From: a virus
Taxonomy: Duplodnaviria > Caudoviricetes
Length of the DNA: 52,581 bases
Strand: one strand, 5' to 3'
IMG/VR virus record: IMGVR_UViG_3300025704_002224
Coordinates: 1 to 52,581 of that record
The notes beneath the pieces are model-generated. The model was not told the DNA's origin, did not search any database, and worked only from the letters and a program-made list of their open reading frames with translations. Every line of letters starts with the position of its first letter. The first letter of the stretch is position 1. Positions 30,570 to 38,712 of the stretch are shown here, piece by piece. Position numbers and translations under genes: made by a program.

Positions 30570-30775
30570 TCTTCTATTTCCACACAACCAATCACTATCT
30601 TCTCGTAGGGTTGCTGGTATGTTGCGAACACGTCAGTCATCGCATAGAAACGATATTCCGCCATCTCTTCACACTTGGCCAACTCTTGATAGATCACCTG
30701 ATCGCTGTCATTGTAGTTGGTACACTCAACAGCACCGTTGACTAGGAAACACATGGTTGCAAACAATTTGAACAT
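30566..30775 (-). CDS. Small Cys-containing hypothetical protein
   Basis: 69 aa; TAAATA 5 nt upstream; Cys spacing similar to 31925..32137. Confidence 0.7.
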   Translation of the reverse strand: MFKLFATMCFLVNGAVECTNYNDSDQVIYQELAKCEEMAEYRFYAMTDVFATYQQPYEKIVIGCVEIED

Positions 30776-30788
30776 AGCACTATTTAAG

Positions 30789-31087
30789 TGGCCCGTTCTG
30801 TTGCAAGGTGGGCCATACCCCTGGGATTATTGGTTATTACGCCGCTAATCTCAATTCAGACATACCAACTGTTAAGTCAGCAAATCCTAATGCTTTTTTG
30901 TTTGCATTTAAAAAACAGCCTGATTAGGTCAGTGCCATCACCGTAAACTCCCAAGACCTTTACACACCCGTCGAAGCCAAATACACCCCCGGAAGGGATT
31001 ACATAAGCCACCCGTAATAAATTGGTGGAGGTGGAGGGAGTCGAACCCTCGTCCGAAATGTTTATTTCGTCGTGATCAACATTTACA
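30789..31087 (-). ncRNA. ssrA: Two-piece (circularly permuted) tmRNA
   Basis: Minus strand order: T-arm GAGGG-TTCGACT-CCCTC and acceptor 3' CACCTCC-ACCA (ends 31023), 32-nt intervening segment, then 5' GGGGGTG...TTCGAC (starts 30990), giving G3:U70. Resume context TAAAT-GCA; tag ANKKALGFADLTVGMSELRLAA-stop-stop at 30905-30834; terminal hairpin TGGCCC...GGGCCA. Confidence 0.95.
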
Positions 31088-31093
31088 AATATA

Positions 31094-31136
31094 ATTATAC
31101 CTGAAGGTTGACGTATTGTCAACTTTGTGCTAAATT
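31094..31136. promoter_or_regulatory. Overlapping divergent promoters (tmRNA and ORF 31144)
   Basis: Minus TTGACA-N17-TATAAT; plus TTGACG-N17-TAAATT; the -35 boxes form palindrome GTTGAC-N5-GTCAAC. Confidence 0.75.
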
Positions 31137-31143
31137 AGTTTAT

Positions 31144-31347
31144 ATGCCAAAAAATAGAATATTTAAAATCACAGACGGAACAGAGACCAAGGAGGTCGAA
31201 GCGATGTCCTACAAGAAGGCCGTGAAATCATTTCAGGGCAATTCTAAGTCCAAGATGATAACTATCGAATGGATGACAAAGGGTGGAGAGCTCTTCGTCA
31301 AAGACCAGAAGTTACCACTAGGTAGAAAGAAAAAGATAGGACGTTAG
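31144..31347 (+). CDS. Small basic hypothetical protein
   Basis: ATG 31144; EA.SYKKAVKS...LPLGRKK. Confidence 0.7.
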   Translation: MPKNRIFKITDGTETKEVEAMSYKKAVKSFQGNSKSKMITIEWMTKGGELFVKDQKLPLGRKKKIGR

Positions 31348-31354
31348 AAGACAA

Positions 31355-31522
31355 GTGAAAGTGAGCCATAACCCATTAGTGAAAATTTTGGTCAAACTTA
31401 GGATGGCCTATGCAGATTTCAGGGGACATCATGGTAAGGTATGGGATTACGAGCCCGGTGAGTACTACATGGGCAGGCACCAAGGACACAAGAAACACGC
31501 GAAGAGACACAAGATCAAATGA
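31355..31522 (+). CDS. Small hypothetical protein (RM.YAD.RGHHGK.WDYEP)
   Basis: 55-aa ORF not in the track; fills the gap in an operon. Confidence 0.6.
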   Translation: MKVSHNPLVKILVKLRMAYADFRGHHGKVWDYEPGEYYMGRHQGHKKHAKRHKIK

Positions 31523-31593
31523 CTAAGACGATGTGGACTATATTGCTGGTTTACACATCAATTTTCTTATACGGGTGCATAACCCTAATATAA
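31519..31593 (+). CDS. Possible 24-aa single-TM peptide
   Basis: ATGA overlap; MTKTMWTILLVYTSIFLYGCITLI. Confidence 0.35.
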   Translation: MTKTMWTILLVYTSIFLYGCITLI

Positions 31594-31640
31594 CCTAAAA
31601 CTAGCACATTACTTTTCACAATAGGTCAGTAAATATTACT

Positions 31641-31916
31641 GTGCCAAAAGCAAAAACGAAGACCGCTTATTGGTCTCAGATCCGTAAGAAGGCTCCGAAA
31701 GTGCCTGACATCACTTGCCCTGCAATTGATTCAGTGCTGAACAAGTTGGAGAAACAGGTGGATCGAGCTCTAACTATGAGACAATTTAAAATGATAGAAC
31801 GTAAGTTGGAAAAACTACGTACAGCCAATGAGAAACTGCGAGAGTCTGGTATATACTGGCACGATGCCTGCAAGAACACAGTGAGAGATCTGCTTGGCAA
31901 GAAGAAAATGAGATAA
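31641..31916 (+). CDS. Hypothetical protein (KAPKVPDITCP.ID motif)
   Basis: GTG start 5 nt after TAAATA. Confidence 0.75.
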   Translation: MPKAKTKTAYWSQIRKKAPKVPDITCPAIDSVLNKLEKQVDRALTMRQFKMIERKLEKLRTANEKLRESGIYWHDACKNTVRDLLGKKKMR

Positions 31917-31924
31917 TTAAGTGT

Positions 31925-32137
31925 ATGTGGAAGGTACTCATCGTGATATGCACACTAGGGAATCCTTGTCTCATGTTCGATGAAGATCCTATAAAATGGT
32001 ACATGTCCGAAACAGAATGCATGAAGACGGCCGAAACAAAAGCGAGTGAAATGACAAATACATTCGTAACTTTTGGGTATTATGTGGAAAGTGAAGCACA
32101 TTCCTGCCTGTACGTGGCACAAGAAAACGAAGCCTAG
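31925..32137 (+). CDS. Small Cys-containing hypothetical protein
   Basis: 70 aa; hydrophobic N-terminus and 4 Cys. Confidence 0.7.
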   Translation: MWKVLIVICTLGNPCLMFDEDPIKWYMSETECMKTAETKASEMTNTFVTFGYYVESEAHSCLYVAQENEA

Positions 32138-32165
32138 TTGACAAAAATTTAAAGTCTGTTATAAT
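32138..32165 (+). promoter_or_regulatory. sigma70-type promoter
   Basis: TTGACA-N16-TATAAT. Confidence 0.75.
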
Positions 32166-32239
32166 AAAGAGGTAATTTAGGGTTTATCCTATTGTAGGAA
32201 TTATGCCCTCGGTTGCACTCATTAACTATAGGAGATAAT

Positions 32240-33319
32240 ATGAGCAAAGTAAAAATGCTTCTTGACGTTGTAAACGAAGTCAAGAAAGAAGCACCAGATG
32301 ATGTTCCAAATTGGAACAGTAAATTAGCAGAAGCAAAAGTAAATCTACAGAATCAAATAGCAAAAGGCAGATTATTGCCGAGAGGTGTTGAAGACCATCC
32401 ATTAGAACACTTCGCATTCAACTATTCCGTACAGAGAGACGTGAGAGCAGGACATGTCATGAACATCATGAAGAAGTTTGATCCAAGGGTTTGTTGTCCT
32501 GTGTCGGCGGTCAAACGTTCAGACGGAGAGACACTGTACATATTCGATGGGCAACACAGGGCGGTCGCCCTGGCATTACTGGGTTGGACCAAGATACCAG
32601 TGACCATAGTGGAGACAGATGAACCGGCCTTTGACGCAGAGGCGTTCGAGATAGTGAACGACTCAGGTATATTGAGGGCAGGCACGGAAGAGATACACAG
32701 ATGTCTACTGCACAGATACAAGATGGGAGAAACTGAAACAGAACGGGTAGCAACAGCACACGCAGTACAGAAAGTGTTCGACGAGTGTGAGATAGACCTA
32801 GAACCAAAACGTGTCAGGAAGAGTCCAGGCAAGTGTGGACCGAACAAGCACTACTTCTCACATTTTGATTACGCATACAAAGGCATCAAGATGTCAGGCG
32901 AGGAAGGATTGCGTAACGCACTCATGGCCATCAAAGAAGTCTATGGTGACGAAGAAGGCGGAGAGATCAACCAGGGACTGTTCATTGGTCTGATGAAGCA
33001 GTACCAAATGGGTGCAGAGGCCAAGAGGTTAAGCAGACTGCCTGAGGATTGGATGTTGAAGATACTGGCCACAACTAAAAAGGTTTGTCCGAGTGCCACA
33101 CTGATACACACAGCCACGAAGAAACAATGGCAACACGCGAACGGTGTTGGGTGGGACGCACCGGTGGCAATGGGCCATATGCTTAAAGAAGTGTATCAGA
33201 TAGAACAACCAGAAGGCTTCGAACCAAGTTATATGCCCAACGTGACACTGAAATTGGACGAGAGTGACATAGCACCAGATTCAGAGGCACAGACGGCGTT
33301 CAACAAGTATGTCAAATAA
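32240..33319 (+). CDS. ParB/Srx-fold DGQHR-motif protein
   Basis: VQR.V...HV..I..KFD, YIFDGQHR..AL...G...IPV; AGGAG SD before ATG 32240. Confidence 0.75.
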   Translation: MSKVKMLLDVVNEVKKEAPDDVPNWNSKLAEAKVNLQNQIAKGRLLPRGVEDHPLEHFAFNYSVQRDVRAGHVMNIMKKFDPRVCCPVSAVKRSDGETLYIFDGQHRAVALALLGWTKIPVTIVETDEPAFDAEAFEIVNDSGILRAGTEEIHRCLLHRYKMGETETERVATAHAVQKVFDECEIDLEPKRVRKSPGKCGPNKHYFSHFDYAYKGIKMSGEEGLRNALMAIKEVYGDEEGGEINQGLFIGLMKQYQMGAEAKRLSRLPEDWMLKILATTKKVCPSATLIHTATKKQWQHANGVGWDAPVAMGHMLKEVYQIEQPEGFEPSYMPNVTLKLDESDIAPDSEAQTAFNKYVK

Positions 33320-33524
33320 ATTTTGCTATTACATATGCACAGTGACCAAGTCAGTCCCAGACTCCATAAACTTCTTCGAGGAAGAGGAGGAGTACGGTTA
33401 CGGACTGCCATGGAAGGATGTACTTGCAGAAGTGGAGCAACACTACAAGGACGGAGCACTTGCAGTGGAACTAGAGATGATAACAGAGGAGCAGTTCAAT
33501 GATAGACTTCCAAAGCCTTATTAA
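33309..33524 (+). CDS. Small acidic protein
   Basis: 71 aa, EEEEE run, overlaps both neighbours. Confidence 0.65.
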   Translation: MSNKFCYYICTVTKSVPDSINFFEEEEEYGYGLPWKDVLAEVEQHYKDGALAVELEMITEEQFNDRLPKPY

Positions 33525-34029
33525 TTTACCCGAGATAAACTTTAAGAGCAAGGGAAGACCAGAACTTAAGGAACTTGCGGAATACATTGATCACATGAAA
33601 ACGGATTTGTTCAATGACCGTTGGAGCCAAGTGACCAAAAAACACATAAAAACATCCTTGGTGCTGTACATAAGATCCATGCAGAAGCAGTTGGCACCCA
33701 TGGGATACCATTACAAGGCACAGGACATGGAAGGCAAACAACACCTAGAACATGTGATACCACAGAACAAGATCATAACAGCATACCTACATGACAAGAT
33801 ATCATCAGAAGTTGTACTGCAGATGCCGTTGTGTCTGATTGACGATGCAGACAAGCATATATTAGAAGGCGACTGGCAACAGGCCGGCAACTGGGAGTAT
33901 CCATTTCGCAGATACAAGTTGGCAGGTTACACCAAAGTGATCAAAGATGTGCGTGGCAATGCTGTTGATCTAGACACATACACCATACAAGATCACTTCC
34001 GGATGTTGGGTGTGGTTGACTTATCCTAG
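33499..34029 (+). CDS. HNH-like (EHxxP) putative nuclease
   Basis: HLEHVIP ... LCLI; PF.RY. Confidence 0.5.
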   Translation: MIDFQSLINLPEINFKSKGRPELKELAEYIDHMKTDLFNDRWSQVTKKHIKTSLVLYIRSMQKQLAPMGYHYKAQDMEGKQHLEHVIPQNKIITAYLHDKISSEVVLQMPLCLIDDADKHILEGDWQQAGNWEYPFRRYKLAGYTKVIKDVRGNAVDLDTYTIQDHFRMLGVVDLS

Positions 34030-34043
34030 TATTTGTGTATAAT
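34016..34043 (+). promoter_or_regulatory. sigma70-type promoter
   Basis: TTGACT-N16-TATAAT directly before the structured element. Confidence 0.7.
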
Positions 34044-34050
34044 TAAAAAC

Positions 34051-34206
34051 AGCAAATCCACCAGAGCTGGTACGATACCAATTCTCATTTGCAATCTAAA
34101 AATTAGAGACACTTTATGTCGATGATGGATAGAATAGCCGGAGGCGGAGCAAAACAATCCTACGCCAAAGGCGAGGTTGGAGTCAATAACGGACTGGTGG
34201 AGAGCT
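34051..34206 (+). ncRNA. Candidate structured non-coding RNA or 5' leader, family unknown
   Basis: Closing stem TCCACCAG (34057-64)/CTGGTGGA (34194-201) encloses several hairpins; begins at the predicted TSS. Confidence 0.6.
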
Positions 34207-34213
34207 AAACATT

Positions 34214-34723
34214 ATGCCAAGCGAGAAAACAAAAAAATTACTGGAAGGACTGGGCAAGATCACAGACTCTGCACCCAGCAGGTTCGAACAACAGAAGTTC
34301 CATTCCTACACCAACAGATACTATCCCAACCTGTTAAACAAACTGCCGGCATCCTACGACAAAGCCAAGAGAAAGAAGGACGAAGACGGAGACGAGTACA
34401 TCATGATAGACAGGGTGTATGGATCACTGTATGAGAATGCACTGCACCAAAAAGACGGCACAATCTACACAGGCAAGCTCTACAGCAAACGTAGACTGGT
34501 TACCCAAAAGGATGCAATGACCAATGAGAAGAACAACTTCTACAGTGCCTGCGTGAGCACAGCGGATGGTAGATGGTTTGACAACTGTGGATTTCCAATA
34601 GAAGCACCCACCAAACTGGAACCAGAGAAACAGCCAGATCCGGAAGAATTGGAACTGGAGAGACAAAGGAAACTGGAAAACGCAAAGGCCAAAGAGGCAG
34701 AGATACTGGCCAACCTCAAATAA
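34214..34723 (+). CDS. Hypothetical protein
   Basis: 169 aa; no recognised motif; charged helical C-terminus. Confidence 0.75.
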   Translation: MPSEKTKKLLEGLGKITDSAPSRFEQQKFHSYTNRYYPNLLNKLPASYDKAKRKKDEDGDEYIMIDRVYGSLYENALHQKDGTIYTGKLYSKRRLVTQKDAMTNEKNNFYSACVSTADGRWFDNCGFPIEAPTKLEPEKQPDPEELELERQRKLENAKAKEAEILANLK

Positions 34724-34736
34724 CCAACAAAGACTA

Positions 34737-34765
34737 TAGACATTCAATCTCAAATATGATATAAT
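34737..34765 (+). promoter_or_regulatory. sigma70-type promoter
   Basis: TAGACA-N17-TATAAT. Confidence 0.65.
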
Positions 34766-34798
34766 TTGTTGTAAAACTCAAATAAAAGGAAAAATAAT

Positions 34799-35716
34799 AT
34801 GAAAAAGATATTGTCAGTTCTTCTGTCGGCTTTTCTTCTTTTCACGGCAGACGTTCTTGCTGGTGATAAAATAATTGTGTTGAATACAGCCAGTAACAAT
34901 GGAACAATGTTCTCGCAATCAACAGCATATGCAGAAGATTTTAAAAACATGGGATACGATGTTGAATTCGTGTCTCCGGGTAACGCTTGTAAGGCTTGGG
35001 CATACCTACAGAAAGTGCCATCCAACCAACCCGTGTTTATAAACATAGATGCTTACGGACAGGCCAAACCTGCATCTGGACTTTTACAAAACTGTGGTCC
35101 AATATTGGCCAGCAAGAAAGATCTTGTTGCCGCTTACTTAGATCATTTCCATGTGTGTACAATAAATGGATCGGCCGATGAATTATTTTCTAAGGGTGCG
35201 AGCACAAGGATAGGCACTAACAAGCCTGGTGGATTTTGGCAACCGGTGGTTGATAAAATCAATAAAGAAAATAAATCAAGTCATAAGAGGATACAGTACG
35301 GCGGCAGTGGAGACACGAGAAAAGCATTACTTTCAGGCGAAGTGGATTATGTGTTCTTATCAACACGCCACACATACAAACTAGAAAATGCGGGAGCAAC
35401 TTGTTTTGCCGAGTTCACTGATTCTAAAAAACTCAAATACGAACACACTGTTAACGACCTGTCAGCAGGTAAGGATAAATTTGATTCTAGTTTCGCGACT
35501 GGTTGGAGTTTGTTCAATGCTGACAAGAAAATGGTTAAGCAACTGAGAGTGCAGATTAGATCGTTATTTGAAAATGATAGTAACATCATCAAAGCATTAG
35601 GCGGTTCAACACCGATCAACTATTACGGTTGGGACAAATCTATTTCTGCTAGGGTGAAATGGGTAAACGGCTCTATAGATAGATGGGCACAGGCTATGAA
35701 GCAGGCCGCTCAATAA
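34799..35716 (+). CDS. tctC: Divergent TctC/Bug-like periplasmic binding protein
   Basis: Signal peptide; IQYGGSGDT..ALLSGEVDYVF matches the Bug/TctC Y.G.G....AL..GE.D motif. Confidence 0.6.
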   Translation: MKKILSVLLSAFLLFTADVLAGDKIIVLNTASNNGTMFSQSTAYAEDFKNMGYDVEFVSPGNACKAWAYLQKVPSNQPVFINIDAYGQAKPASGLLQNCGPILASKKDLVAAYLDHFHVCTINGSADELFSKGASTRIGTNKPGGFWQPVVDKINKENKSSHKRIQYGGSGDTRKALLSGEVDYVFLSTRHTYKLENAGATCFAEFTDSKKLKYEHTVNDLSAGKDKFDSSFATGWSLFNADKKMVKQLRVQIRSLFENDSNIIKALGGSTPINYYGWDKSISARVKWVNGSIDRWAQAMKQAAQ

Positions 35717-35721
35717 GGCCA

Positions 35722-37020
35722 GTGGACTTTCTACTTGCAATCATACTAGGTATATTTGCAGGAACATTTGCAGGTTTACTCCCAGGGGTGGGGGCAACCG
35801 TAAGTGTCTTAATTCTATTCCCAGTACTGCTTACATTTGATCCTATAAACATCATTGTTTGTTTCGTCAGTTTGTATTCCATGACGCAGTATGTTGGAAG
35901 TGTACCCGCATTATTGCTAGGTGTTCCTGGGGAAGCCAGTTCATTACCTGCAGTCATTGAAGGGCAAAAACTAAAACAACAGAACAAGATTAGTGATGCT
36001 ATTGCATACACGGCAATCGGATCCCTCGTGGGATCGGTAATCGTCGTGGCACTTACACTTATCAGCGGACCGCTTATTGAGAACCTTGCTAAAATTTATA
36101 GGACACCTCTTCAGACTGTTTTGATCTTTTTAGTGCTGACGATGATGTTTTTCTACAAGGAAAATAAGAAATTTACTAATCTTGTGTTAATGATCGCTGG
36201 TTACGTACTTGGCATGATAGGCATACACGGAGACCTTAATCGAGAATTTTTAACATTTGGTAACGTTAATCTCTACAGTGGTCTGCCTATGTTTCCAGTG
36301 CTACTTTCATTATTTGTATTTCCATTATTCTTAAAGACTGTAGACACTCCTACTAGAAATATTTCACCTTTCAAAATAAGGCTATCGTACTTTGTGACCT
36401 TTTTCAAACACAGTACAAGTAGCCTACGCGGAACACTACTAGGATTCATAGGAGGCTTTTGTCCTGGGATGACACACGCCTTCAGTAGTCAACTGGCATA
36501 CACAACAGAAAAAGCAATCAGTAAAGACAGTCTAAAAAGTGTTATAAGTTCTGAAACGGCCAACAATGCCGGAGCGTTCAGTGCCGTGTTGCCATTGATA
36601 ATCCTCGGCATTCCTATATCAAGCAGTGAGGCTCTACTGCTGGCTATCCTGGAAACAAAATCTTTTGCATTCAGCCTTAATGAGTTTATTCCTATCTTGC
36701 AGAAATCAGCGGTGGCATTATTAATTGTAAACGTCATAGGGATTATCATTGCATGGCCACTTGCTAAACATGTTTGCAAAATATTTCTTATAAATCAAAA
36801 AAAATTATACACATTTTTGTTTCTATCCTTGGTCATGCTGAATTACTATATTGGTGGCCTTTACTACAGCGAATATTACTACATGATAGTTTTATTATGT
36901 TTTATGCCGGTAGGCTATCTGTTACGCAAAGTAAACACAATGCCGTTGATATTTTGCTTTATAATAGCGAACTACAGTATCGAACTCATGTGGATTTTTT
37001 ACCAACTATACCTAATGTGA
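35722..37020 (+). CDS. tctA: Second TctA-family permease
   Basis: GLLPGVG, YVGSVPALLLGVPGEASSLPAVIEG, SETANNAGAF...LPL..LGIP; start GTG 35722 or 35683. Confidence 0.85.
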   Translation: MDFLLAIILGIFAGTFAGLLPGVGATVSVLILFPVLLTFDPINIIVCFVSLYSMTQYVGSVPALLLGVPGEASSLPAVIEGQKLKQQNKISDAIAYTAIGSLVGSVIVVALTLISGPLIENLAKIYRTPLQTVLIFLVLTMMFFYKENKKFTNLVLMIAGYVLGMIGIHGDLNREFLTFGNVNLYSGLPMFPVLLSLFVFPLFLKTVDTPTRNISPFKIRLSYFVTFFKHSTSSLRGTLLGFIGGFCPGMTHAFSSQLAYTTEKAISKDSLKSVISSETANNAGAFSAVLPLIILGIPISSSEALLLAILETKSFAFSLNEFIPILQKSAVALLIVNVIGIIIAWPLAKHVCKIFLINQKKLYTFLFLSLVMLNYYIGGLYYSEYYYMIVLLCFMPVGYLLRKVNTMPLIFCFIIANYSIELMWIFYQLYLM

Positions 37021-37112
37021 TAATAAACAGTCAGCCTGTTGAAAAACTTTAAGTATTATAACTATGTACACTATATATAACGGAGTCAAAAAAACAAAAC
37101 AAATCTAGCACA

Positions 37113-38189
37113 ATGAATTTCCATTACAAAGTAGGAAGTGAAATATTTTTCAACAAACTACAAGCGATTCAAAAAAACGTAGAAACAACAGACCCAATAT
37201 ACCTGGAAGATCCCTATGAAGATGCTGATTTTTCTGTAGTGCCAGAACAATCTCTGGATGATCTCATCGCCGCTCATCTTCGTCAGTTGAGAGAGAGCCA
37301 TGAAAAAATTAAGTTGTATTACTCAGGGGGATCTGATAGTCATCTATTATTGGACAGCATTGTCAAGAACAACATTCATGTGGACGAGATAATTTGCCTA
37401 AAGAGCGGTATTCCCCCTGCCGATTTTGAAATTGATAAATTTGCCATACCTGCTCTATCAAACTATGCAGGACAGTTGAAAGGGACAAAAATAACCATCA
37501 AAACTCCAACAATGCAGGATTATTTTGATTACTACAAAGATGGAATAACCAATGATAAGATCCAATCCGGAATGGCAGGAACACACAACTATTTTAGACT
37601 ACTTTGGTCCAAGGACATCTTTGTGCAAGAACGCCACACTGGCACCTTACATATACGAGGATTAGAGAAACCTAGAATTGTAAAGCATGGAACAGAATAT
37701 TATGCGTATATTCTTGACACAGAGATGGAACCCCACGAAAACAACTATCAATTTTACAGTGCCATGGCCACAATACAAATTAAACAGTGTCATATGTATC
37801 TGGAAAAAATACAACAACTTGGACAAAACACACACATACCAAATATTTGGGAAGAGACTGTTGGCAAATCTATGACAGACCATGCATTTCCTCCGAAAGA
37901 AATATACTTCGGCCAGGTGGATAATTTTATAACTTTCAAAGGATATAAATTTTACTACAGCAACAACAAAGATAGAATTGCCATAAATTGGTGTTGTGAA
38001 AATCATCCGAATCTATTGTTTTTATGGCATGAAAGTTTACAAGAACTCAAATCCCTGACTAAAAATCAATGGTGGAATGATGGTAGACCTGAAATGGGCA
38101 CAACCGGTGTGTTGAGTAAATTCAGGTGTCTAACCAAAAAAGCAATCAAAACAGTCGACGAACTCTATCCCAACGGCTTCAAACCATAA
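37113..38189 (+). CDS. PP-loop (adenine nucleotide alpha-hydrolase-like) protein
   Basis: LYYSGGSDS PP-loop; G.EKP. Confidence 0.65.
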   Translation: MNFHYKVGSEIFFNKLQAIQKNVETTDPIYLEDPYEDADFSVVPEQSLDDLIAAHLRQLRESHEKIKLYYSGGSDSHLLLDSIVKNNIHVDEIICLKSGIPPADFEIDKFAIPALSNYAGQLKGTKITIKTPTMQDYFDYYKDGITNDKIQSGMAGTHNYFRLLWSKDIFVQERHTGTLHIRGLEKPRIVKHGTEYYAYILDTEMEPHENNYQFYSAMATIQIKQCHMYLEKIQQLGQNTHIPNIWEETVGKSMTDHAFPPKEIYFGQVDNFITFKGYKFYYSNNKDRIAINWCCENHPNLLFLWHESLQELKSLTKNQWWNDGRPEMGTTGVLSKFRCLTKKAIKTVDELYPNGFKP

Positions 38190-38213
38190 TAAAATAGCCA
38201 TTTTTTCCAGCGG

Positions 38214-38242
38214 TTGACGGTTATACCATTACCATGTATAAT
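38214..38242 (+). promoter_or_regulatory. sigma70-type promoter
   Basis: TTGACG-N17-TATAAT. Confidence 0.75.
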
Positions 38243-38267
38243 AGTGGTAACAAAGGAGAGAAAGACA

Positions 38268-38621
38268 ATGTATAAATGTTCAGCAAAAGCAAGTTTGGTG
38301 GTAGATCAGATTAGATCTAGATGCCAAGAAGACACACAGACCAACAACAAATGGAGAGGCAGATCAGGAAACTACATGTACATCATGGGCAGAGAAAATG
38401 CCGATGGCAAGGCTACAGGTGTAGTTCACAAGATCGCAGATGACGGATCTCACAAGTTGTGTGGTTCTTTCAAGATCATGAGTGATGGTATCATAACAAG
38501 GTTCACAGGTCTAAGTAAAGCGGACTGGAACAATGCTATGAGAAATGCGGAAGCCGAGTACAAAGTGAAGTACGAAGCGGAAACAACAGAACCAGCAACA
38601 GAACAAAAAGTTGCAGTTTAA
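38268..38621 (+). CDS. Hypothetical early protein
   Basis: AGGAG SD before ATG 38268. Confidence 0.75.
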   Translation: MYKCSAKASLVVDQIRSRCQEDTQTNNKWRGRSGNYMYIMGRENADGKATGVVHKIADDGSHKLCGSFKIMSDGIITRFTGLSKADWNNAMRNAEAEYKVKYEAETTEPATEQKVAV

Positions 38622-38712
38622 AATTGATGATGCAGACGACGTGGGCTCGAGTTCCCCTAGTGCTAGAGATAAGCCAATTCAAAAAAATCTCGGCCCACAC
38701 GCATCTTAGATT

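Noticed and set aside
31023-31060. Apparent tRNA 3' half
   Set aside because: No anticodon arm; it is the acceptor piece of the permuted tmRNA
30877-31122. 81-aa minus-strand ORF
   Set aside because: Overlaps the tmRNA and starts at the TTG of the -35 box
34177-34434. 85-aa alternative-frame ORF
   Set aside because: TTG start inside the structured element and overlaps the better ORF 34214..34723
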